Positions 19,121 to 28,704 of a stretch of 64,000 nucleotides of DNA are shown one piece after another (positions within the stretch are counted from its first letter, which is position 1; the number at the start of each line of letters is the position of its first letter). The DNA is from Promethearchaeota archaeon (lineage in GTDB: Archaea > Asgardarchaeota > Heimdallarchaeia > Hodarchaeales > Hodarchaeaceae): assembly GCA_048938105.1 (NCBI GenBank), contig JBHLMN010000003.1, positions 329,994 to 393,993 of the forward strand, in the 5' to 3' direction. Below the pieces are notes generated by a model. That model searched no databases and had not been told where the DNA came from. It saw nothing but the letters and a program-made list of their open reading frames with translations. The position numbers were made by a program, and so were the translations under genes.

Positions 19121-19894
19121 CTATTTTACTTGTTTCATGTTTCTACAGACGTTTTTGCGGAGAATAACAACCATCAGTGTGAATGCAATTAGTGAAATCG
19201 TACATTCCAATCCTGGAGTTCCATTAGCGGCATTTGAATTACTAGATTCGGGAGCTTCCCATAGAGAAGCTTCATCAGGATAATAATCCCAATAAGAGAC
19301 GCCGCTTGTTAAGGTTTCTTTATAGACTGAAGTTGTATCAACTGATGTCCAAGACCAAACCTCAATATCCCAATTGCCAGAATTTGAGAGTATATCCCAA
19401 GAAGAAATATCGCTTTTCCAAGAGAGACTTTTACTATCAGTGTCTATAGTGGGTTTATCAACACCATTTGATACACCACCAGTTTCATTTTTCCAAACAT
19501 ACCAAGAGGCTGATGATACTGTAGTAGAAGTTATTCCCCCCACTCTAAACCAAGCTGCGCCAGGAATCATATCACCCATAGTTCTTCCACCCTCAAAGTC
19601 AATCCAGATTTCATAAATATGTGAACCATCAATAATAGGTGTGTCTTGGCATTTCAGGGTTACTGCTATCTTATTTTCATTGTCAACAGCTTCAACAGAA
19701 AGAGATACAATATCAATCTCATTTTTAAAGTCACCTATTTTGTAATTATAGTCTGAACCATCCCAACTGATCATCTCAACATCATCTGTATCATCATTTG
19801 CTATATCCGCGTTTGGTAATGATTTTATGGGTATCAATAAGACGAGTACCAGTCCACAAGTAAGAAATGGAATTATTCTTAATTTTTTACGCAT
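19121..19894 (-). CDS. secreted/surface hypothetical protein with PG-type C-terminal sorting tail
   Basis: N-terminal signal, acidic Trp-rich beta-type body, TPGLECTISLIAFTLMVVILRK tail. Confidence 0.75.
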   Translation of the reverse strand: MRKKLRIIPFLTCGLVLVLLIPIKSLPNADIANDDTDDVEMISWDGSDYNYKIGDFKNEIDIVSLSVEAVDNENKIAVTLKCQDTPIIDGSHIYEIWIDFEGGRTMGDMIPGAAWFRVGGITSTTVSSASWYVWKNETGGVSNGVDKPTIDTDSKSLSWKSDISSWDILSNSGNWDIEVWSWTSVDTTSVYKETLTSGVSYWDYYPDEASLWEAPESSNSNAANGTPGLECTISLIAFTLMVVILRKNVCRNMKQVK

Positions 19895-20050
19895 TATTAG
19901 TCTGACTCCTGTTACTTAAACGTTTTTGACAAAGCGCCCTCACAATGAATTTAGTTTATTATATGAATTTTCCTCTATTATTTGATCTGTCACACATTTT
20001 CTATATTTTAATAGATGAATTCAGAACGATTCAAAGGAGGGAGTTTTGTC

Positions 20051-22417
20051 CTATCCCATCTCAATATTAATTGTATGTTTTTTCCCTACTTCTAATATTG
20101 ATAATTGATTGCTTTCTAGTGTTTTTTTCCCAATATTCACCTTTTTTACCCCTTTAGACACATGGTTTGGATTTTCAACCTTTATATCATACGTTGCATC
20201 CCTAAAACGTCGGATAACACGGAAATTAGTCCATTCATTAGGAATACATGGATCTACCTTCAAACCATGAAATGTTGGTTGTATTCCAAGAATTGATTCC
20301 ATGACAACCTTCATTGACCACGCTGCTGTTCCTGTAAGCCAGGAATTTTTCGCTAATCCGAATTTTGGATGGTTTTTTCCAGCAATCATCTGTGAATAGA
20401 CATAAGGTTCAGCTTTATGAATCTCTCCCATCCTGTTCTTCGTAGGTGGGGCAATTTTCTTGTAATATTCATAAGCTCGCCCCCCTCTTCCTAACTTACA
20501 CTCAGCAATGATCAACCACGGATTAGTATGGCAGAATATTGAAGCATTTTCTTTTAATCCAGGAGAAAAAGTAGTTATTCCACCCAATTCTGGATAATAC
20601 TCGGTAAAAGGAGGGGCAAGAAGCATGACCCCGTATTCCGTGTCAAGATGCTTTTTTACAGAGTCTAGACATTGATAAGCTCTGTCTTTGGTGGCAACAT
20701 CACTGATAATAGCCCAAGTTTGAGTATTGAGGAAGATTTTTCCTTCCTTACATTTTGAACTTCCTACAGGTTCACCAACATCAGTAAAAGCTCTAATATA
20801 CCATTCTCCATCCCATGCTACCTCGTTTACATGATTTCGTATTTCACTAGCCAGATTATTAAATGTTCTGGAATCCTGTTCATTCTCATATTCTTTTGTA
20901 AGTGCTGCTAAATCTAATAGAGCTTTATGAAATTGCATTGCTACCCAAACGCTTTCACCAGCATTATTTGGGCCAGGGAGGCTAAAAGGATCATTCCAAT
21001 CTGCGGTACCTATCAATGGCATACCATGTTTTCCCATGTTATTTTGGGTGAATTCAATTGCCCTTTTGAGATGGTCGTACAAAGAAGCATTAGATCCTTC
21101 AATAAATGATATTTCTTCATCTAAGATAGATATATCTCCAGTTTCTTTGATGTATTCAGAAACAGCTAAAATCAACCATAAATGGTCATCACTAAAGAAT
21201 TTCATGCTTTTCTTAGTGTATTCAGGAAAAGCACCTTTACCAGAGAGAGGGAAATATAAATGATAGACTTTACCACTTTCAAACTGGTTTTTAGCTAGAT
21301 CTAGGAGTCGTTGACGGACTTTTTTTGGGAGAACATAATTAATTGCCATTGCATCTTGGCTACAATCTCTAAATCCCATTCCTCTACCTATACCTGTTTC
21401 ATATAAAGACACATATCGCGACCAGTCAAATGTGACTTTACATTGATAGGGATTCCAGATATTAACCATTAAATTAAGTTCATTATCAGGAGTGTCTACT
21501 ACAAGGGCTTCTAGGTGATTAATCCAAGAATTTGCTAATTTTTTAAGCGCAGATTGTACCTTTAATTGGTCTATATATTTCTGAACATATTCTTTCGCTT
21601 CAGCTTCTTCATTACTAACGCCTAGAATGAATATAATATTTCTTTCCTCGTGAGGATCAATAGTTAAGGCATTACAAGTAGCAGCAATAGGATTTCCACC
21701 AAAGGCTTGAGAATTAAAACACGAACCTCTTTCTACACCTAGAGGATTAATTTCTGACCTGTATTGACCAATAAAAACTTCTCGGTCGCAGTCGTAACTG
21801 CTTATATCTCCATTTGATGAAAAAAAGGCATATCCAGTACTCCTATCAAAAAAAGAGTAATAAATAATGCCATCCTTGAATTTTGCTTCAGCCACGTTTT
21901 GGATATACTGAAGATCATTTTGATCTCCTAACGCTCTCCATAAACAGAACTCTGCATAAGAAAAAATACTCAAGTTCTTTCTTTCAGATCTTGTATTTTT
22001 CAATGACAACATCCATATTTCTAAGTTCTCTTTTAAGGGAACAAAATAAATGATTTCACTTTCAATTCCCATAAACGATGATTTGACTTTAGTATATCCC
22101 AAGCCATGTCGGCATTCATAACTATCCAGATCCCTAGGTACTGGTTGCCAAGTAGGAGACCAATATTGAGAAGTTTCATTATCTCTGATATAGATATACC
22201 TTCCAGGCCTATCCATTGGTAAATTATTATATCTATATCTTAATAATCTTCGATCTCTTGGATCTATATGGAAACTATACCCTCCACCAGTGTTCGAAAC
22301 CATAGCACAATATTGACTATTACTTAAATAATTAATCCAAGGAGTAGGGGTGTCTGGTCTCGTGATCACATATTCTTTTGTATCTTGTGAAAAATATCCA
22401 TACTTCAAACTATTCAC
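20051..22417 (-). CDS. GH94 glycoside phosphorylase (cellobiose/chitobiose phosphorylase-like, specificity uncertain)
   Basis: YGYFS...EYVITRPDTPTPWINYL, WSRYVSLYETGIGRGMGFRDCSQD, SDDHLW, ADWND, GLKENASIFCH, AKNSWLTGTAAW. Confidence 0.85.
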   Translation of the reverse strand: MNSLKYGYFSQDTKEYVITRPDTPTPWINYLSNSQYCAMVSNTGGGYSFHIDPRDRRLLRYRYNNLPMDRPGRYIYIRDNETSQYWSPTWQPVPRDLDSYECRHGLGYTKVKSSFMGIESEIIYFVPLKENLEIWMLSLKNTRSERKNLSIFSYAEFCLWRALGDQNDLQYIQNVAEAKFKDGIIYYSFFDRSTGYAFFSSNGDISSYDCDREVFIGQYRSEINPLGVERGSCFNSQAFGGNPIAATCNALTIDPHEERNIIFILGVSNEEAEAKEYVQKYIDQLKVQSALKKLANSWINHLEALVVDTPDNELNLMVNIWNPYQCKVTFDWSRYVSLYETGIGRGMGFRDCSQDAMAINYVLPKKVRQRLLDLAKNQFESGKVYHLYFPLSGKGAFPEYTKKSMKFFSDDHLWLILAVSEYIKETGDISILDEEISFIEGSNASLYDHLKRAIEFTQNNMGKHGMPLIGTADWNDPFSLPGPNNAGESVWVAMQFHKALLDLAALTKEYENEQDSRTFNNLASEIRNHVNEVAWDGEWYIRAFTDVGEPVGSSKCKEGKIFLNTQTWAIISDVATKDRAYQCLDSVKKHLDTEYGVMLLAPPFTEYYPELGGITTFSPGLKENASIFCHTNPWLIIAECKLGRGGRAYEYYKKIAPPTKNRMGEIHKAEPYVYSQMIAGKNHPKFGLAKNSWLTGTAAWSMKVVMESILGIQPTFHGLKVDPCIPNEWTNFRVIRRFRDATYDIKVENPNHVSKGVKKVNIGKKTLESNQLSILEVGKKHTINIEMG

Positions 22418-22610
22418 CTACAAAGATGAAAATCATTGCTTCATCTTAAAAATTATATCTCTGCTAATTATTACTAAGTTGTAGCTACTGAAGATTTTGA
22501 AGTTATTTCTTCTTGTAATTATCTATATATAGCTCAATACTGACATTCTCACTCGTTTAGCCAGTTTTAGGCTTAGAAGAAGAAAGAGGGATTCATCAGA
22601 ATGTTAAAGA

Positions 22611-23987
22611 CTAAGATCGCTTGATTCTTTTATTACTATTGAATATAATTAAGAAGGAAATTGTAATTATTAAGGCTTGGAAATCATAGCCTGGTGAAGA
22701 TTTTGAAGTAGTAGATGTAGATGAGATTGAAACTATAACGGAGTCGCTAGTAGTAGAAATTCCATCAGAGAAAACGATAGTATAATCATATGTTCCAATT
22801 GTAGAAGTGTCAATAATGATGATGATCGGGGTACCATTCTCCCAGATCTCGTCAGGTTGACTAATTAGGCTTCCATTCCTATAAATATTATATGTTCCTG
22901 TAGAATTATTATTGTCAGTAATAATCCATGAAATATTTGCTTCTTCATTTTGAATTACATTAATATCTTTAGGAGAGGTACTTATGGGAGGAAATGGATT
23001 AATTCCTCCTCCGAAATATTCTTCAAATACATAAGCTGCTTCTTTAGCGGTTCGATTTTCAGTGAAAATTCCCCAGTGAGGCCCAACGGCACCTTCCTGG
23101 TTAATCTTCCATGCCTCATCAAAAGCTTCAAATAAATAACTCTTTATGTCATTTTGAATGAGGAGAGGGAGTAGATCCTCAAAATATTGTTTCTGAGCTT
23201 CCTCAGAGCAATCAGCTCTTCCACTACTAGGCCACCCAGCTTCAGCGAGAATGACTTCTTTGTCTGGATAAGCATTCTGTACACTCTTAAAAACCTGTAT
23301 TGTATATGTTGCGGCAATTTCAAGCGGTATTGCCTCCCAAAATGGATAGACATGTGTGAACAATACATCACACGCATCAGCAAGATTTGGGTGGTCTAAC
23401 CATATATTCCACGGTTCAGCTGTAGTTACAGGAGTAGATGTTTCACTTTTTACTAATGAAATATAATCTAGCAATTTATTTTCAGTCATACCCCCCCCTC
23501 TCAAGAGCGCTTCGTTCCCCACAATTAATAATGAGGAGATATTGGCGACATCAAGAGCAGATTTGATCTCAAAAGAATTTTGAAAATGTTGTTGTATAGT
23601 ATTGTTGGGTTCCAGCCAAATTCCGGTAGCACAATTGATTCCTAGCTCATGAGCTACCTCACAGATCAAATCTTGATCATAATTCATGCCATAGGTTCGT
23701 ATATCTGTTACATTCAAACGTTTTAATATTTCCAGATCCTCTTGGATATTATCTAAAATTATATATTCATTTGGAGGCCCAAGGTATCGAAAGGCACCAT
23801 AACTCAATCCATGGAATTTCAACGATGAATCTTTTTGAGTTAATCTGATCTTATCCTGAATCTTTTCATTTAAAACTTGAATCTCAAATTTTTGACCATT
23901 ATCAGCAAGAATTATGTGTGTGAAGGAACTTATAACAATTAAAGCTAATATTACAAAAATAAATCTTTTAGATTTCATTGTTTCCAT
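22611..23987 (-). CDS. GH17 beta-1,3-glucanase/glucanosyltransferase, secreted, with small beta-sandwich domain and PG-type C-terminal anchor
   Basis: IRTYG, VGNEALLR (acid/base), PVTTAEPW, HVYPFWE, AEAGWPS (nucleophile), FEAFDEAWK, HWGIF; S/T linker then SPGYDFQALIITISFLIIF..KRIKRS. Confidence 0.85.
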   Translation of the reverse strand: METMKSKRFIFVILALIVISSFTHIILADNGQKFEIQVLNEKIQDKIRLTQKDSSLKFHGLSYGAFRYLGPPNEYIILDNIQEDLEILKRLNVTDIRTYGMNYDQDLICEVAHELGINCATGIWLEPNNTIQQHFQNSFEIKSALDVANISSLLIVGNEALLRGGGMTENKLLDYISLVKSETSTPVTTAEPWNIWLDHPNLADACDVLFTHVYPFWEAIPLEIAATYTIQVFKSVQNAYPDKEVILAEAGWPSSGRADCSEEAQKQYFEDLLPLLIQNDIKSYLFEAFDEAWKINQEGAVGPHWGIFTENRTAKEAAYVFEEYFGGGINPFPPISTSPKDINVIQNEEANISWIITDNNNSTGTYNIYRNGSLISQPDEIWENGTPIIIIIDTSTIGTYDYTIVFSDGISTTSDSVIVSISSTSTTSKSSPGYDFQALIITISFLIIFNSNKRIKRS

Positions 23988-24065
23988 CCTTTAAAACTGA
24001 TAAAATTCCTATTAATGATTTGAATTATTTTAGTTATTATTTTAATTTTTTAGCCATGATAAAAT

Positions 24066-24935
24066 TTACACTTGATAAGATGAATTCTGATAAACACGAA
24101 CATAATCTACAATCATTCTTTGGGGGAATATTGAATCATCAACTCCTTTTTGTCCCCCCCAAGTTCCTCCAACCGCAATATTCAATATGAAATAGAATTC
24201 TTGATCAAATGGCCATACACTGAAATGCATGAAAGTAGTATTATCTTCATTTTTATATGTAAAATAATTTTTCTTGTCTACATAAAAATCAATTCTATCT
24301 GGGAACCATTCAATCGCATAGACATGAAAACTCGTTTCACAATCAGTCACATTTATGTTGCCTCCCTTTTGGTTACCGTTAACCCAATTATATGCACTAC
24401 AGTGTATAGTCCCATAAGTAATTCCTGGGGTAAATCCAACATATTCCATGATATCCATTTCTCCACTATTAGGCCACGATCCATATTTCCCCTCCTTGGG
24501 CATCATCCAAAAAGCCGGCCAAATTCCTCTACCAGAAGGTAATTTTATGCGTGCTTCAAAACGACCATAAGTCCAGTTTCCTTTGTACCGTGTCGTAATT
24601 CTTGCTGAAGTATATCCAAATCCAGTGTAATCTTTACGAGCTTCTATTATAAGGACATCATTCTCTACTCGAGAGTTATTTATATTTTTAACATATGCTT
24701 GTTCTTCATCATTTACCCATCCAGGTCCATGTAATTCAAAGTTCCATTTATTTTCATCTGGGAGTCCAGAATAATCAAATTCATCAGACCAAACTAGTTT
24801 TTCCCAAGAATGAGGCGAATTTGGTTTAAAACGATCATTGTTAGTATCTATCATATTGATGAAATTAATTAGTATGAGACCGACCAATACAACCGCTATT
24901 GGAATCGCTATAACAATTAATCTATTAATTTCCAT
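24066..24935 (-). CDS. GH16 laminarinase / beta-1,3(4)-glucanase with N-terminal membrane anchor
   Basis: LVWSDEFD, YTSARI, YGRFEARIKLP, WPAFWM, WPNSGEMDIME catalytic motif, PFDQEFYFILNIAVGG, VDYVRVY. Confidence 0.92.
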   Translation of the reverse strand: MEINRLIVIAIPIAVVLVGLILINFINMIDTNNDRFKPNSPHSWEKLVWSDEFDYSGLPDENKWNFELHGPGWVNDEEQAYVKNINNSRVENDVLIIEARKDYTGFGYTSARITTRYKGNWTYGRFEARIKLPSGRGIWPAFWMMPKEGKYGSWPNSGEMDIMEYVGFTPGITYGTIHCSAYNWVNGNQKGGNINVTDCETSFHVYAIEWFPDRIDFYVDKKNYFTYKNEDNTTFMHFSVWPFDQEFYFILNIAVGGTWGGQKGVDDSIFPQRMIVDYVRVYQNSSYQV

Positions 24936-25016
24936 GGATTTTCCCTTTCATTAAATATCAAAGCTGAAAAATATTAAAACAATTCGTTGAAAAACAACTG
25001 ATGAAAAGAGGCATGA

Positions 25017-25733
25017 ATGATGGGAAAGGTGCTGGAAATAGCAAAAATGATTGATCACTCATTACTTCATCCTACTTTAACTGATGAAGAATTAGAATTA
25101 GGTTGCCAACTAGCAAGAAAATTGAATGTGGCTTCAGTTTGCATTAAACCTTATGCAGTTAAATTGGCAGTAGAGAAGTTAAAAGATTCTGATGTTGCTG
25201 TTGGTACCGTGATTGGGTTTCCACATGGAAATAGCAAAATAGATGTCAAAATTTTTGAAGCAGAACAAGCTTGTAAAGACGGTGCCATAGAACTAGATGT
25301 AGTAGTAAATATCGGTAAAGTACTGAGTGAAGATTGGGAATACATTGAAAAAGAAATCGGAGCCATTATCACTGTTTCCAAAAAGTACAATACTATTGTT
25401 AAAATCATTTTTGAGAATGACCTTTTATCTGATGATCACTATAAGATTAAACTTTGTGAGATCTGTAGTAAATTCAATGTGGATTATATTAAAACCTCAA
25501 CTGGATATGGTTTCGTTAAAGGAGAAAATGGAAAGTATTCATATAAAGGAGCTACAGATCATGATCTTAAGTTAATGAGAGATCACTCTTCTAAGGAAGT
25601 CAAAATAAAAGCTGCAGGAGGAGTACGAACACTTAATGATGTTTTAAGAGTTAAAGAAATTGGAGTAACAAGAATTGGTGCAACAGCAACTGAGATCATT
25701 ATTAAGGAAGCAAAAATCAAATTTAAAGATTAA
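25017..25733 (+). CDS. deoC: deoxyribose-phosphate aldolase
   Basis: IDHSLLHP, ASVCIKP, VIGFPHG, ELDVV, KTSTG (Schiff-base Lys), KAAGGVR, RIGAT. Confidence 0.92.
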   Translation: MMGKVLEIAKMIDHSLLHPTLTDEELELGCQLARKLNVASVCIKPYAVKLAVEKLKDSDVAVGTVIGFPHGNSKIDVKIFEAEQACKDGAIELDVVVNIGKVLSEDWEYIEKEIGAIITVSKKYNTIVKIIFENDLLSDDHYKIKLCEICSKFNVDYIKTSTGYGFVKGENGKYSYKGATDHDLKLMRDHSSKEVKIKAAGGVRTLNDVLRVKEIGVTRIGATATEIIIKEAKIKFKD

Positions 25734-25950
25734 AGAGTCTGTGAAAAACCTCAAAATGAGTTTAGTAAATATTATACTCATTTATCACTTTTTCATTTCT
25801 CAATTTAAAATCTATCAGATAAAAGATAATATATCAATCAATTTAAGTTTAAACTTATCAACGAAGTTTATTTAATTCTAGTTAATTAACTACCTCAATA
25901 ATCCTATTCAAAATATCTTAATTTAATGTTATTTAAGGATGATATACTAA

Positions 25951-27165
25951 ATGCTTCTTTTAAATATCAGAAATACTAGTATCTTAATACTCTTTATTCT
26001 AGGGATTAATTGCATATTTACGATTGGATATGCCCACAATGATTCTTCTGTAAATAATTTAGAGCCAAAAAATTACTTACAAGGAGTTAATTTAGGGAAT
26101 GCTCTTGAAGCACCAAGAGAAGGAGCCTGGGGGGTCACTTTAAAAGAATTTTATTTCCAATCGATTAAAGAAGCGGGATTCAGTCTTATCCGTATCCCAA
26201 TTAGATGGAATGCTCACGCAAAAGTAGCAGCTCCTTATACGATAGAAACAGAATTCTTCAATCGTATTGACTGGGCTGTTAACCACTCCCTATCTCGTGG
26301 TCTTGTCACAATAATAAATATCCATCACTATGAAGCTCTTATGACGAATCCTCAAGCCCATAAAGAGCGCTTCCTTGCTTTGTGGCATCAAATTTCTACT
26401 CATTATCAGAATTACTCTGAAAACCTATATTTTGAGTTACTTAATGAGCCTACTTATGATCTTAATGGCTCCCTTTGGAACCAATATCTCCAAGAAGCCA
26501 TTGAAATAGTCAGAGAATTAAATCCTCAAAGAACAATCATTATTGGCCCCACAAACTGGAACAATATCTATGATCTTAGTATGTTATCTCTTCCTGAAGA
26601 TGATCACAATATTCTTGTCACATTCCACTATTATTCACCATTTCATTTCACTCATCAGGATGCAAAATGGGTTTCTGGAAGTGATCAATGGAGTGGAACG
26701 ACTTGGAACGGAACAGATTCTGAAAAAGCAGCCATCAGACAAGATTTAGATTACGCTGCTCAATGGGCTAAGGATCACAATAGACCTCTTTTATTGGGTG
26801 AGTTTGGTGCATATCAAGAGGCAGATATGGACTCAAGAGTTCGTTGGACCGATTTTGTTGCAAGAGAGGCTGAAAAACGAAATATTTCTTGGGCTTACTG
26901 GGAGTTCTGTTCAGGTTTTGGAATATTCAAGCTTGGTAATAATAAATGGAGAATAGAACTATTACAAGCGTTATTACCAGAAAGCCCAATTCTACCCACT
27001 ACTAAGTCTAAAAGTACATCCAGTATTCTAACCACTTCTAAGAGTTCTTCCATTTCCATGACTAGTACTACTGATTCTACCATGAATACCACGAATAATA
27101 CTGGATTTTTATTCTCTTTAATCACTGTACTTTTTAGTACCATCATTTATCGAAAAAGAAAATAG
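25951..27165 (+). CDS. GH5 endoglucanase (Thermotoga Cel5A-like), secreted, S/T linker plus C-terminal TM anchor
   Basis: GVNLGNALEAPREGAWGV, RIPIRW, NIHHY, ELLNEP, FHYYSPFHFTHQ, LGEFGAY, WAYWEF; tail NTGFLFSLITVLFSTIIYRKRK. Confidence 0.92.
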   Translation: MLLLNIRNTSILILFILGINCIFTIGYAHNDSSVNNLEPKNYLQGVNLGNALEAPREGAWGVTLKEFYFQSIKEAGFSLIRIPIRWNAHAKVAAPYTIETEFFNRIDWAVNHSLSRGLVTIINIHHYEALMTNPQAHKERFLALWHQISTHYQNYSENLYFELLNEPTYDLNGSLWNQYLQEAIEIVRELNPQRTIIIGPTNWNNIYDLSMLSLPEDDHNILVTFHYYSPFHFTHQDAKWVSGSDQWSGTTWNGTDSEKAAIRQDLDYAAQWAKDHNRPLLLGEFGAYQEADMDSRVRWTDFVAREAEKRNISWAYWEFCSGFGIFKLGNNKWRIELLQALLPESPILPTTKSKSTSSILTTSKSSSISMTSTTDSTMNTTNNTGFLFSLITVLFSTIIYRKRK

Positions 27166-27181
27166 TAATTCTTTTCTTTCT

Positions 27182-27233
27182 TATTCATGAATTTTAGGAA
27201 GAATATTCATTATACTTAGGAATATTTATATAT
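27182..27233 (+). promoter_or_regulatory. tandem operator-like repeat plus TATA box upstream of wHTH regulator
   Basis: TATTCAT-N5-TTAGGAA at 27182-27200 and 27204-27222 (22-nt period), directly followed by TTTATATA. Confidence 0.45.
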
Positions 27234-27273
27234 CATAAAGGAAAAGAGAAATCCCATAACGTAGTGGTGAAAG

Positions 27274-28638
27274 TTGAGTGAAAAAACCATTGGATCAGAT
27301 CTTCTCGGATCGCTTACCGAAATAGCCGAGATTACGAAAGCAATTAGTCACGAAAAGAGATTAAAAATTCTAATCTTAGTGATGGACGAAGCTCAAGACT
27401 TCTCTTCATTACTAGCGAAGACAGAATTGCAAAAAACAGCTTTATCGAATCACTTATCCAAAATGCTACAATTCAACTTAATAAAACGGGTTGAACGAGG
27501 AAAGTATCTAATTACCACTGATGGTCTTAAACTACTCACTTTGATTACGTCTTTTTATCACGAAGCAAGCGTGAAACAGGAACTAGAGAGAAAAAAACTC
27601 ATTCATCGCTATACACACAGAAGGATGAAAAAAATGGAAAAAAAAATAAACATCGAACCAACATACCAACCCTGTTGGATTTCATATTTAGGTTCCGTAT
27701 CTGGGGTGATGAAAGCTTTAGGGAAAGAAGAACATGACCTAGTAAACACTGGAGGTTATACTGGATATGCTTTTGCTTTACCAAATGTTTCCAAGGATTC
27801 AACCTGCCCGTCTGGTCCTACTGCATTAGGAAAAATGTGGCAAGAAATCATGAAAGGAACAGGTGTTCTGGGATATAATATTAAACAATATGATGATCCC
27901 AGTTGTTATCCTAAACAAGAAGGACATATCACTCCAGAAGATCGAGATAGAGCTAATAAGCTCTTTCAAAGGATTAAAACAGCTATTGATCAAAACAATC
28001 CAGTTGTTCTCTGGGGGTTACCAATCCCCGAATATGGAATAGTAACTGGTTATCAAGAAAGTTCATATTTGGTAAGTACTTTTCGTAGTTTAATTAACCA
28101 ACCTGATGATCCTGTTGCATTTGACGCCCTTCAAGCACCTGGAGGCCTTCATGCAGTCATTTTTGAGAATCAATTAAGTAAAGTTACAATGTCCGATGAT
28201 CGGGATGCCCTCCAAAGAGCAATCACTCTAGCTGAAGGGCAATTAGCAGAAGATAATTATGTAGCTGGAGTCCTTGCTTACGAAACATGGGCTAATGTAT
28301 TGGAAACTGCTCCACAAGAGAAAGTCTTATATCACGGAAATTCTTATAATAATGAGTGCACATTAGAAGCAAAAGATCTATCTGCTGCCTTCCTCGGACG
28401 ATTAGCGGAGAAATATAATACTGAACCATTTTCTAGCTATTTAAAAGAAGCTGCAGAGAAATTCGGCAAAATAGTAGAGCTGCTGAAATCTTTCCAGAAA
28501 ATCTTTCCTTTCGCTTTTGAAGGTGATCTATCGGAAGAAAAACGACTTGAGGGAGCAAAGATTCTCCGTGAAGTCATTCCCCACGAAAGACAAACCCTCA
28601 CTTTAATGAAAAAAGCGCTGGAATCTTGGACTGAATAG
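27274..28638 (+). CDS. ArsR-like winged-helix regulator fused to a large uncharacterised C-terminal domain
   Basis: KAISHEKRLKIL...LQKTALSNHLSKML...LIKRVERGKYLIT.DG; C-terminal region paralogous to 43639-45105. Confidence 0.8.
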   Translation: MSEKTIGSDLLGSLTEIAEITKAISHEKRLKILILVMDEAQDFSSLLAKTELQKTALSNHLSKMLQFNLIKRVERGKYLITTDGLKLLTLITSFYHEASVKQELERKKLIHRYTHRRMKKMEKKINIEPTYQPCWISYLGSVSGVMKALGKEEHDLVNTGGYTGYAFALPNVSKDSTCPSGPTALGKMWQEIMKGTGVLGYNIKQYDDPSCYPKQEGHITPEDRDRANKLFQRIKTAIDQNNPVVLWGLPIPEYGIVTGYQESSYLVSTFRSLINQPDDPVAFDALQAPGGLHAVIFENQLSKVTMSDDRDALQRAITLAEGQLAEDNYVAGVLAYETWANVLETAPQEKVLYHGNSYNNECTLEAKDLSAAFLGRLAEKYNTEPFSSYLKEAAEKFGKIVELLKSFQKIFPFAFEGDLSEEKRLEGAKILREVIPHERQTLTLMKKALESWTE

Positions 28639-28704
28639 CTTATTATCCACTTTTTCTTTTTTATTATCAATATCATTTTGGAAAATTTTTTTCGAAGATT
28701 GTCC

